64,000 bases of DNA, taken from positions 32,001 through 96,000 of the IMG/VR virus record IMGVR_UViG_3300008954_000005; one strand, 5' to 3'. The notes under the pieces were generated by a model. It made no database searches, was not told the origin of the DNA, and was given only the letters and a program-made list of their open reading frames with translations. The position numbers and the translations under genes were made by a program. The first letter of the stretch is position 1. Each line of letters opens with the position of its first letter. Below are positions 55,464 through 64,000 of the stretch, piece by piece. This DNA is from a virus.

Positions 55464-55901
55464 ATGAAAACAAAATCTCGTTTCGGCACGGTTTTGTCAA
55501 CCATGCGAACCAGCCGCAGACTGTCCTCTCGTAAATTTGCAGAATTGTGTGGATTAAATAGAGAGACGTACCGTCAGTACGAAACGGGCAAAGTTTTACC
55601 GCCAAACCAGAGTTTGGAGAAGATTCTTAAGGCACTCGACCTTGACCCCAGTAAAGACGAAGAGGCTAAACGGCTGATAGCGGCTCTATACGAAGAACGA
55701 AGTAAAAGAGAGCCCGCAGCTAAACGAGCTTTTGGTGCCGCCGCTAACGCGGAACTTCGGAAATATATTAAAAAGGACTCCATCTCAGAAGACAAGACCG
55801 CCCGAATAGTGGACTTGTTCTTTGAGCACCTCCCAACAGAACGAACGGAGAGTATGGAACATTTTATCTCGGGGGCAATAACCCGGATATTGGAGAAGTA
55901 A
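55464..55901 (+). CDS. XRE/Cro-family HTH regulator
   Basis: FG..L...R....LS...FAELCGLNRETYRQYETGKVLP....LEKILKAL. Confidence 0.88.
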   Translation: MKTKSRFGTVLSTMRTSRRLSSRKFAELCGLNRETYRQYETGKVLPPNQSLEKILKALDLDPSKDEEAKRLIAALYEERSKREPAAKRAFGAAANAELRKYIKKDSISEDKTARIVDLFFEHLPTERTESMEHFISGAITRILEK

Positions 55902-55902
55902 C

Positions 55903-57306
55903 TTGAAACCCTACCTACCAGAAAGTGACCAGGGTGCGTCGCTTGAAGGTCTAGTTTGTTGTTCTGCTTCCGTTTGGGTTCCCTCTGAGCGGTTGACCAA
56001 CAAGCAAGCCTTCATACGAGCAGCCACGATCAATGTGGTAAACGACCGGACTGGGGATGTAACCTCAGTACCGCTAGCCGCAGAAGTAGGGGATTACGTT
56101 GTAATAGCTAGACACTTTTTCACTAAAGAGGTCTGGTTAGAGAAGGTAGAGTCTTGGGAACAAGTCTCTCTTTCCTACGAATCTTTTGACTTCGGTGACA
56201 AGATCACACCTAGAGACGCTGACCAGCTTGCTGCTTGGGAAGCCTTCTCTGAAAGAAATCACGGCGTCTTGAACCTAGCCTGCGGAAAAGGCAAAACCGT
56301 CCTAGCACTAAAAAAGATTGCTCAGCGCGGACATCCCGCCGTCGTTGTGGTGAACAACAGTGGCCTTATGGATCAATGGAAAGAGCGTGCATTAGAGTTT
56401 TTGGACATCTCAGAAGATGACATCGGTATCGTGCAAGGCCCAAAGGCTGAGTGGGATAAACCTCTTGTCATCGCCATGATTCACACCCTCGCAAAACGAG
56501 CAGACTCTATCCCCTTGGATATCCGAACCCGTTTTGGAACTGTTGTGTTTGATGAAGTACACCACCTCTCGGCCACAACCTTTAGCCAGACAGCCCCATT
56601 ATTTTTCGGTAATAGGTTCGGCTTAACCGCTACACCTTGCCGGGAAGATGGCTTAGAAGATGTGTACTACTCTCATGTAGGGCGCATTTTCTATAGTGAT
56701 TTAGCTGGTGACATAGAGGCGGAGATATACTTCAAGAAGGTGTCCACCCCAATGCCAAAAGACACCTCGGTGATTAAAGACATCACCGGAGAGTTCTCGG
56801 CGGGGAAGATGTACAAATACTTTGCGGAGCACGACGCCCGCAACGTCGCCCTTTTAAAGACGGTCGAGTCCGCGTTGGACAGTGGAAGAAAAGTCCTTGT
56901 CCTCACGCACAGTAAGGATCATCCAGCCATCATGGTTGAGAAGTTTCTGGACAGCCCGTGTAAGGAAAGGTATACAGCAGGGGCGGTTTCAGGGGATACC
57001 CCCGGAGACCTCCGAACGAAAATAATTGAAGATAACAACGTGACTTTCGCCACTTTTGGGGTTGCCCGTGAGGGGCTGGATGTCGCAGCACTGGACACGC
57101 TTATTTTTGCTAGTCCATTTAAGGCTTGGGGGGCGTTTCAACAAGGGAAGGGGAGAATTGAACGCCGCCACAAAGACAAGAAACCCCCAGTGGTTATCGT
57201 TTTAGACGACTATAACTTTGGCCCAGCCAGGGCAATGTGTAAACACCTAAGGAAGAGTATTAGAGCCAATGGATTTAGACACAGTGACATCGGAAGAGAA
57301 GATTGA
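55903..57306 (+). CDS. superfamily 2 DEAD/H helicase (UvsW/Rad25-like)
   Basis: Q motif, ACGKGKT, FDEVHH, GLTATP.REDG, EGLDV, QGKGRIER. Confidence 0.9.
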   Translation: MKPYLPESDQGASLEGLVCCSASVWVPSERLTNKQAFIRAATINVVNDRTGDVTSVPLAAEVGDYVVIARHFFTKEVWLEKVESWEQVSLSYESFDFGDKITPRDADQLAAWEAFSERNHGVLNLACGKGKTVLALKKIAQRGHPAVVVVNNSGLMDQWKERALEFLDISEDDIGIVQGPKAEWDKPLVIAMIHTLAKRADSIPLDIRTRFGTVVFDEVHHLSATTFSQTAPLFFGNRFGLTATPCREDGLEDVYYSHVGRIFYSDLAGDIEAEIYFKKVSTPMPKDTSVIKDITGEFSAGKMYKYFAEHDARNVALLKTVESALDSGRKVLVLTHSKDHPAIMVEKFLDSPCKERYTAGAVSGDTPGDLRTKIIEDNNVTFATFGVAREGLDVAALDTLIFASPFKAWGAFQQGKGRIERRHKDKKPPVVIVLDDYNFGPARAMCKHLRKSIRANGFRHSDIGRED

Positions 57307-57937
57307 GAACTTACTGTTCGAACAACGCTCTTGCACCTCATGTGGTCTCCACAGAAACCGCAAAGTTCTTCTTTGTGGAAAAGGCAGTCCTAGTACCCAC
57401 CTTGTAGCTGTAATTGATCGCGTCGGCCCAAGGGCCGCTGTGACAGGCGATATTCTCTCAAGCGGTGAAGGCCGGTTCCTGAACACTCTGTTCAAGAGAG
57501 CCGGAATGAGTCCAGCGGCTATTTGGGTTACCCCAGTAGTATCTTGCCCGACAGGGGGGCTTAGGCCACAACCACGTCGAATAGAGATGCTTCCGGCACC
57601 GAAAAAGTCAGAAGTAGAAGCATGTAATACACGGCTCCACCAAGAGATTCATCTAATTGAGCCTTGCCTTATATTTGCCTTCGGCTCCGCTTCAGTGAAC
57701 GCGCTTGTTCCAAACGTAAAGGTTCAAGAAGTACAAGGGCGGGTAGTAGAGGCCTTCATTCAGGGAGACCTAATTAAATACCCAGTGCCTACTATGGCAC
57801 TCCCATCTGTCAACCAACTGTATAGAAACCCGTCACAAAAAGTCGGGGGTATATGGAATAAGACACTAGATAACATACGCGTGGGTTTAGATATAGCCCA
57901 CAGAATCAAATCCTTAAGGAGGAATCAACATGGCTAG
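57269..57937 (+). CDS. uracil-DNA glycosylase family 4-like protein with degenerate motifs
   Basis: CTSCGLH..R....G.G, V.SC.., P...EVEAC...L..EI.LI.P, FG. GEAPG is replaced by IDRVG and the HP motif is absent. Confidence 0.75.
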   Translation: MDLDTVTSEEKIENLLFEQRSCTSCGLHRNRKVLLCGKGSPSTHLVAVIDRVGPRAAVTGDILSSGEGRFLNTLFKRAGMSPAAIWVTPVVSCPTGGLRPQPRRIEMLPAPKKSEVEACNTRLHQEIHLIEPCLIFAFGSASVNALVPNVKVQEVQGRVVEAFIQGDLIKYPVPTMALPSVNQLYRNPSQKVGGIWNKTLDNIRVGLDIAHRIKSLRRNQHG

Positions 57938-58352
57938 TGAACGAGAAGTACGGAAGCTTGAGAAAGCTTTCGCAAACAAAAGAGATCAATTGTTGGAATT
58001 TATGGCTGACCACGAGCAAGTGTTTGACCAGTTCCATCAACTTGTACAGGAGTACAACGTTTCTCGCAGTAATGCGATTGACGCATTTAGAAGTCGTCCC
58101 GGAACGGACCCCATGTCTATCGGGATTATGGACCGCTCACGGGCACCAGAAACCTGGGCCTACGAGCCCCATGAACTTCCGTCTTCATATCTGAAGACCC
58201 CTGGCGTCGTTAAATCCGTTGATAACCGTGTAATCGAGCAAGGTATTGTTGCAGGTACCTTCGACGCCGACTTGATTAACGGTGCTAGAACCAAAAAGCA
58301 CGGCACCCCACGGGTCTCGGCCCCGAAGGAAGTCGTTATTAAGGTCGCATAA
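57930..58352 (+). CDS. hypothetical protein
   Basis: AAGGAGG RBS, coupled to neighbours. Confidence 0.7.
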   Translation: MASEREVRKLEKAFANKRDQLLEFMADHEQVFDQFHQLVQEYNVSRSNAIDAFRSRPGTDPMSIGIMDRSRAPETWAYEPHELPSSYLKTPGVVKSVDNRVIEQGIVAGTFDADLINGARTKKHGTPRVSAPKEVVIKVA

Positions 58353-58786
58353 TGCGTGCTCGCATGCACGACGGGGAGGGTGCTTACGGCACCCTCTCCG
58401 TCTTTATACGAAAAACGTGGAAAGATGGACCATCTAAAAAAGATAAGGAGTACGAAATGGCCGAAAGACTTGAAGATCGAATCCCCGTTCGAGACTTAGT
58501 ATTTGAACGAGACGATGGATACGCTGCTGTTACAGCCAGCGTATCCACAAAAGTATCAGACTCAGTACATTACGCAGAAGGGACCTGGGATAAGATCCCA
58601 TACAGCGTTGAGGTTTTCTCAAGTGTCACGCTTCAGTGTGACCAGAACGCCGACACTATCCGTGCTGCGCACAACATGGCATATGACTTGGCTTGGGAGG
58701 CTTCTCGTGAGCATCTCGGTAAAGCCATGATGGGCCATGTTACAGACATTAGAACACGGTTGTATGAGGAACGATTCAATGATTGA
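58352..58786 (+). CDS. hypothetical protein
   Basis: TAATG coupling with the upstream gene. Confidence 0.65.
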   Translation: MRARMHDGEGAYGTLSVFIRKTWKDGPSKKDKEYEMAERLEDRIPVRDLVFERDDGYAAVTASVSTKVSDSVHYAEGTWDKIPYSVEVFSSVTLQCDQNADTIRAAHNMAYDLAWEASREHLGKAMMGHVTDIRTRLYEERFND

Positions 58787-59081
58787 ATTTAACAGCAACC
58801 GAATAAACGGCCTCAAGTGTTTTGAGGTTACGGTGTCCTGGCACCACCATGGGACCAATGTGCGTCCTACGGTGGAGGCCAGTATCGCGTACTTAACGGA
58901 GGGAAAAGCCGCAGGTATGGCGACGTCTAATGAGTTCTCTGAAGAAGTTCTGACAAAAGCACAACAGCTTGTTGAGGCGATTGAGTCAGAATTTCTGAAG
59001 GGCGTTGGCGGTAGTGAGGATGACACCAGTGAAGAGGCAGTACGTACAACCATCAAAGGCTTAGTAGACAGGGAGTTCTAA
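58779..59081 (+). CDS. hypothetical protein
   Basis: ATG 58779 follows GAGGA and the stop is coupled to dnaB. Confidence 0.6.
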   Translation: MIEFNSNRINGLKCFEVTVSWHHHGTNVRPTVEASIAYLTEGKAAGMATSNEFSEEVLTKAQQLVEAIESEFLKGVGGSEDDTSEEAVRTTIKGLVDREF

Positions 59082-60505
59082 TGGCTAATTGGGAACTGCA
59101 AGTAATCTCTTCTGTGATTCGCGCAGAAGACCCCTCAACGGCTTGGGAGACTATCCTTAAAGAAGGATTGCAGTTCCGTACGTTTGGTAACATGGAGGCT
59201 AAGTCACTGTTTTCGGCAGTAGACGCGCATTACCGAAGACCAAACAATTTCGGGCATATCCCTAGTGAGGAATCTTTAACTGAACAATTTCCGGGTCTGG
59301 ACCTACCTAGGCCCCTAGAAAACCTTGTTGACCTTTGTGAAAAGGTTAAGCACCAACACGTAAAAAGAGAGTCCGAAAAACTCATCAATACCTTTATGGA
59401 GCAGACCGGCACTAACCCTATTGGGGCCATGACCGATCTGTACGACTCTCTAGGACAACTCCAAGAAAAGGTCCAAACATCAGATGATGTGGTCTTTACC
59501 CAAGTTGCCTTAGAGGAAACTATAGAGGAACTCAATCGTCATAGAGAGGCTGATGGGATTACCGGAATCCCTTGGCCCTGGGCACGATTAAACCGAGCAA
59601 CCAACGGTATTCAAGAAGGGGACTACATCATGGTGTGGGCGTTGCCCAAGTCCATGAAAACGTGGTTCGGTCTTGTTGTCGCTGCTCATGTCTTGTCCAC
59701 GGGAAGACGAGTACTTGTATATAGCAAGGAAATGACGTGGACCGCCGTTAGACGAAGAGTGAGTAGCATTATGAGTAAGGTGAACTACACCAGACTTAAG
59801 AATGCGTCGCTCTCTCGTGCCGAGATATCTCACCTACTGGAGACACAAGAGCAGCTTGCTTCTGATGATTTCCCCGGAGAGCTATTCTTCACTAACTGCG
59901 ACAGACCAGATGGGTCACCCGGTGGGCCTGCCGAAGTTCGGCGTAAAATCGAAATCTACAGGCCACACTTTGTGTTGCTTGATTCGTCATACATGTTGGA
60001 ACTTCCCGGTTCTGGGAATTCAAATGCTCTTGATTGGAAGGTCTTGTCCTCAATCAATAGACAGCTAAAGCAAATCGCAAAATCAACCGGAATACCGGTT
60101 CTTTCAATTCTGCAAGAAAATGAGCGGTCTGCATATAAATATTCAAAGTCTAGGGGCACAGCGTCATTAGCTATGAATACTGGTGCCGTAATGGACTGTG
60201 ACGTAGGTATTCGTCTTGTCTACCATCCACGAAAACAGGAACTAAGTATCCACCTAGCTGCCGCTAGGGAGACTACAGACCCTGGGTTCACGATTCATGC
60301 GCTTGCCTCGGAAAACTTCGGGTACGCGCACGATACGTTGTACTCGTTGACGGACACACAAGATGAAGAGGAAAGGATGCACGATCAGGAAGAAGTTCCT
60401 GAGGATGCCTTTGAGATCCAACCCGCTGTTACCAGCCCTTTAATGGATCAGGCTCGAAACCAACAAGAACCTGACGAGATAGATGAGGATACAGCAACGG
60501 GGTAA
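59081..60505 (+). CDS. dnaB: replicative DNA helicase (DnaB-like)
   Basis: ITGIPWPW..LN..TNG, ALPKSMKT (Walker A variant), YSKEM, VLLDS.Y, LKQIA...IPV....Q.N, MDCD. Confidence 0.85.
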   Translation: MANWELQVISSVIRAEDPSTAWETILKEGLQFRTFGNMEAKSLFSAVDAHYRRPNNFGHIPSEESLTEQFPGLDLPRPLENLVDLCEKVKHQHVKRESEKLINTFMEQTGTNPIGAMTDLYDSLGQLQEKVQTSDDVVFTQVALEETIEELNRHREADGITGIPWPWARLNRATNGIQEGDYIMVWALPKSMKTWFGLVVAAHVLSTGRRVLVYSKEMTWTAVRRRVSSIMSKVNYTRLKNASLSRAEISHLLETQEQLASDDFPGELFFTNCDRPDGSPGGPAEVRRKIEIYRPHFVLLDSSYMLELPGSGNSNALDWKVLSSINRQLKQIAKSTGIPVLSILQENERSAYKYSKSRGTASLAMNTGAVMDCDVGIRLVYHPRKQELSIHLAAARETTDPGFTIHALASENFGYAHDTLYSLTDTQDEEERMHDQEEVPEDAFEIQPAVTSPLMDQARNQQEPDEIDEDTATG

Positions 60506-60507
60506 GG

Positions 60508-61494
60508 ATGTTTTCAAAAGAAGAGGTAGTCGATTTATTATCGAATTATATAACGTTTGATAAACACGATACCCCTGGTGATAACCTCCCAGCTTTTTGC
60601 CCCTTCCATAAGGAGGGCAAAGAGAGCCGTCCATCCCTTTATGTTTACATAGGTAATCAGTCCATATCCCGACATGTAGGTATGGCTTTCTGCCACACAT
60701 GCAACAAGGGGTGGACCCTAACGGGATTGCTTAAAGACCTAAAGGTTGGTCCACAGATTGTGGATACCTTCAAAAAGGTTCTTGAGGAGCAGGCACCGAA
60801 AGTAAAGGTAGATCCGTTTCGGACCCTAGACTTTTCGGTGCCTATTCTTCCCGAAGCCATCTTGGGAGTCTTTGAGTACATGCCCAAAGCACTCATAGCT
60901 GAGGGATTCTCCCCTAAACTTCTTCGGGAGTACGACATAGGTTTCGACCGAGGACGTAAGCGGATAACCTTCGCTCTTAGGGATCATCAGGGAAATTTAG
61001 TGGGCATCTCAGGACGAACCGTCCGTGGAGAGATGCCAAGATACAAAATATACCGCTCAGAGTTCCACGAAGTTTCTCGTAACTATGAGTTTAAGAAGGG
61101 CCGCATTCTGTACGGACTAGACAAGTTTTATCCAAGGAGAATGTATACAAGTATTGACATGCCGGTTATACTGTGTGAAGGCTTTAAAGCCTGCCTATGG
61201 TGTGTTCAGTCTGGGTATACCGATTCGGTTGCCATGTTGGGTTCATTTCTCAGCAGGGAACAGAAGACGTTACTCCAAAGAGTCACCAACAAGGTGGTCA
61301 TTTTTCTAGACAACGATGAAGCAGGGAGGAGAGCAACGCACCAAGTTATTAAACAATTATGCGGTATTGAGGTGCGGGTCGCCAACTATGGAACCAACGA
61401 CCCTATATCACCAGACGATCTAACAAAAACACAGACACAATTATCAATCGAAACGGCGCTTAAGCCGTATGAATGGAGTAGTCAAAATGGCTAA
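60508..61494 (+). CDS. dnaG: DNA primase (DnaG-like)
   Basis: CPFHKE...PS...CHTC Zn finger, RITF, GISGR, TOPRIM ILCEG and FLDNDEAG. Confidence 0.9.
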   Translation: MFSKEEVVDLLSNYITFDKHDTPGDNLPAFCPFHKEGKESRPSLYVYIGNQSISRHVGMAFCHTCNKGWTLTGLLKDLKVGPQIVDTFKKVLEEQAPKVKVDPFRTLDFSVPILPEAILGVFEYMPKALIAEGFSPKLLREYDIGFDRGRKRITFALRDHQGNLVGISGRTVRGEMPRYKIYRSEFHEVSRNYEFKKGRILYGLDKFYPRRMYTSIDMPVILCEGFKACLWCVQSGYTDSVAMLGSFLSREQKTLLQRVTNKVVIFLDNDEAGRRATHQVIKQLCGIEVRVANYGTNDPISPDDLTKTQTQLSIETALKPYEWSSQNG

Positions 61495-62665
61495 AGAAGA
61501 AGAAGCAGTAAACTGGAAATCCTTTCGCGACCAACAGCGAGGAGACTTCAGAAAGAAAATGCTTGCCGGTAAAAAGGGCAAGTTCTCGGCGGGTAGGAAA
61601 CCCCCCGCCAGCAACTCTTTTGCAGAAAAGAAGATGCCCCCTGCGTGGAAGCTTCGTCACCGGGACAGTAAGTTTAAGCCCGACGAGACCCCAACGCGGA
61701 TTCGCATCATCCCGACTACAGAAGAGAAGCCCTTCTATAAGTTCTATACGAAGTGGATTAAGACCCCAGAAGGACAAAACCGAAACCTCATTTCAAATGC
61801 TTGGAATGGTGAACGGGATGTCCCCTGTGTTCTTTACTACTACTGCGAGAAAGAAGAGAGCGAAAACTATTGGGCAGATGAAAAGCTCGCTGTGACCGTT
61901 CTCGTTCTTGAGGACTTCTATAAGATTCCCCATACCTCAAAGAATGGTTTTGAGTATTTCACTTACGAGCGGGTTCCCGCTGCCGACCGTCACGGTCGGA
62001 TTGTCCACCCATCTTCTGCTCACGAGGAATACGACATCGTATTCGGTCGCAAGCTTTGGTGGGAAATGTGGGACTCTCAGAAGAGAGACTTTGAGTCAAA
62101 GCTAGACGGAATCGGTGAAAGCTGTTCCAGTTGCGGTGAGGGCGAAATCAGTACTTATGCGTATGCGTGCGCTAAGTGTGACAATGAGTTCGCAAACCAT
62201 AGAGAAGACGCTATCGACGTTGACACCGAAGAGCAGCTTCGGACTATGGAAGTTGAGTGCGAAGAGTGCAAGCACTACGCTAAAGCTAAGCAGCTTATCG
62301 ACTGCGTGCACGTTAAAGGCGTCGGAAGCCGAAAGCAATACGTTGAGGGGTGCGGTAATCCTGCCCAGCTTGACTGGTCTGCCTGTGACGTAACCGTCTC
62401 AGCCATTTCAGTCGGCAACAGGACCGCTGTAAACATCGACGAGTTTTCCGTATCCGAGGAACTGGATGTTCCTAGCTGGATGACTGAACCCATGGACTTC
62501 GATTATTTTCTTGGTCGTCAGGACCTTGATGACCAAGCGAAGGCGATGGGCCGACGAAATCCGTTTGACGCGAGTGCCCAGCGAGCACTAGACAAGTACT
62601 TCGAAACTCCCCGCAACAGGGAAGACAACGATAGTACGCCTGTCTCCGACAACGACGTATTCTAA
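61487..62665 (+). CDS. probable single-stranded DNA-binding protein with multiple CxxC motifs
   Basis: TRIRIIP start of a gp32-like OB fold, acidic C-terminal tail ending in Phe, position between primase and polymerase. Confidence 0.55.
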   Translation: MAKEEEAVNWKSFRDQQRGDFRKKMLAGKKGKFSAGRKPPASNSFAEKKMPPAWKLRHRDSKFKPDETPTRIRIIPTTEEKPFYKFYTKWIKTPEGQNRNLISNAWNGERDVPCVLYYYCEKEESENYWADEKLAVTVLVLEDFYKIPHTSKNGFEYFTYERVPAADRHGRIVHPSSAHEEYDIVFGRKLWWEMWDSQKRDFESKLDGIGESCSSCGEGEISTYAYACAKCDNEFANHREDAIDVDTEEQLRTMEVECEECKHYAKAKQLIDCVHVKGVGSRKQYVEGCGNPAQLDWSACDVTVSAISVGNRTAVNIDEFSVSEELDVPSWMTEPMDFDYFLGRQDLDDQAKAMGRRNPFDASAQRALDKYFETPRNREDNDSTPVSDNDVF

Positions 62666-62687
62666 TAAATTCAACGTCATTTGGTAC

Positions 62688-62725
62688 GGGGTGGGCCAGG
62701 GGAAATAACTCCTCTGGTCCACCCA
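62688..62725 (+). other. hairpin between SSB and polymerase genes
   Basis: GGGTGGGCCAGGGGA-AATAAC-TCCTCTGGTCCACCC. No T-tail. Confidence 0.55.
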
Positions 62726-62747
62726 ACCTAGCTAACGGAGGTCAGCT

Positions 62748-64000
62748 ATGGGTATGTTTACCCTATTGCCGGATGCTATCCGGATTCAAGAGCCTGAACA
62801 GGCTATTGCCCTAGCAGAAACCCTGCAGGACAAAAAGATATTAGCCGTTGATACAGAGACTACAGGACTCTCCAGAATCCGTGACCGGACTATCATCCTC
62901 GCAATCAGCGATGGTGAAGAAAGGTTTGCTATCTGGCCTGAGGTGCTCCCGTACTTCAAAGGGCTGCTAGAAAATCCAGAGTTGAAGCTCATCATGCATA
63001 ACGCGAACTTTGACACTTGGATGCTTCGTAATGTGGGAATAGACATCTACAAGTATTGCAACCGAGACCACTACCGTGTCTATGACACGATGGTCATGCA
63101 CGCTCTCGTAGATGACACCCTTCCCCATGACCTAAAGTTCTTAACAAAGCACTACACGGGAATCGAAATGGTCCCGTTCAAATCCGTGTTTGGTACTCAG
63201 CTTCGAAAGCGCCCCCTGCACGAAGTTCTTCTAGACCCAGACAATGAAGACATCGTATCGAACTACGCCTCCCTGGATGCGTATGCAACATACAAGCTTT
63301 TCTTCAAAGTAAGGGACGAGATGCGAGATATCTGGGTCTTCCCAGAGAGGGCCAAAGCAGATGCTCCCTACCCAACCATGTGGGACTACTACCTGAAAAC
63401 AGAACTCCCCTTCACAAAGATTCTGTACATGCTTGAACGAGAGGGGATCACAATTGACAAAATTGCCCTTCTTGAACAGGCCCCTGTTATCGAAGAGCAG
63501 CTTCTGGCTATTCAGAAATGGTTTGGCCGAGAAACCGGTCGAATGTACATCAATCTGAAGTCGAACAAAGAGATGGGTGGGCTGTTCTTCGAAGGGTTGG
63601 ACAGAAAAGCAGTTAGCTACACGGACAAGGGACAACCACAACTAAACAAGGATGTTCTTACCATGTGGGCTCGTGCGGGGTGTGAGTTTGCAACGAAGCT
63701 TCTTCTCTACCGAGACTTAGATAAAAAGCTTGGAACCTACATCAGTAACCTTCTTGAGAAGATCCACATCGATGAAAAAATCCATGCGTCGTTCAACCAA
63801 ACCGGTGCCCGCACTGGTCGGTTGAGTTCTTCGGACCCAAACCTACAGAACCAGCCCCCATACATTCGCTCAGCGTATGTCCCATCACAGGGTAATAAGC
63901 TAATGGCGGCTGACTATGCTCAACTAGAGATGCGTATCTTGGCGCACTTCTCCAATGACGAAACACTCATTGACGCCATCCAAGCAGGCATGGACGTTCA
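62748..64000 (+). CDS. polA: family A DNA polymerase with 3'-5' exonuclease, 3'-truncated by the window edge
   Basis: Not in the ORF track because it has no stop in the window. AVDTETTG (ExoI), HNANFD (ExoII), YASLDA (ExoIII), TGRLSSSDPNLQN, ADYAQLEMRILAHFS (motif A). GGAGG RBS. Confidence 0.93.
   Translation, partial: MGMFTLLPDAIRIQEPEQAIALAETLQDKKILAVDTETTGLSRIRDRTIILAISDGEERFAIWPEVLPYFKGLLENPELKLIMHNANFDTWMLRNVGIDIYKYCNRDHYRVYDTMVMHALVDDTLPHDLKFLTKHYTGIEMVPFKSVFGTQLRKRPLHEVLLDPDNEDIVSNYASLDAYATYKLFFKVRDEMRDIWVFPERAKADAPYPTMWDYYLKTELPFTKILYMLEREGITIDKIALLEQAPVIEEQLLAIQKWFGRETGRMYINLKSNKEMGGLFFEGLDRKAVSYTDKGQPQLNKDVLTMWARAGCEFATKLLLYRDLDKKLGTYISNLLEKIHIDEKIHASFNQTGARTGRLSSSDPNLQNQPPYIRSAYVPSQGNKLMAADYAQLEMRILAHFSNDETLIDAIQAGMDV

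Noticed and set aside
1-64000. Stop-codon recoding, introns or inteins
   Set aside because: Genes are dense and full length in the standard code. No intein or intron signature was seen in RNAP, TerL, DnaB or the visible part of PolA.

Overview
This window is a 64 kb segment of a large, uncharacterised tailed dsDNA bacteriophage with a contractile tail (myovirus-like). It contains no host housekeeping context, rRNA, tRNA or CRISPR array. There are three blocks. (1) 1-13.9 kb, + strand, early/accessory genes: a structured non-coding region, a lytic transglycosylase, a complete four-gene ubiquitin-like conjugation cassette (Ubl ending GG-F, E2, JAB, E1/ThiF), ParB, a Ycf46-type AAA ATPase with DUF2997/DUF1257/radical-SAM partners, a RecA-like gene and two membrane proteins. 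(2) 13.9-55.1 kb, - strand, virion morphogenesis: portal, a single-chain beta-beta' RNA polymerase (2077 aa), baseplate spike, SNF2 helicase, terminase, many probable internal head proteins carrying a recurring K-x-A motif (one with a histone-H1-like Hc1 domain), prohead protease, capsid, neck, a very large sheath and tube. (3) 55.1-64 kb, + strand, replication: XRE regulator, SF2 helicase, degenerate UDG, DnaB, DnaG, SSB and a family A DNA polymerase that runs off the window. Two cis-motifs were read directly from the DNA. GGTATAAG lies upstream of four + strand units. Seven copies of the palindrome YGACA-N10-TGTCA occur, six clustered near parB and one over a promoter of the replication operon. 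The most notable systems are the phage-borne ubiquitin-like pathway and the fused RNAP with possibly co-packaged SNF2 and Hc1 proteins. All product calls come from motif recognition by eye; no searches were run.
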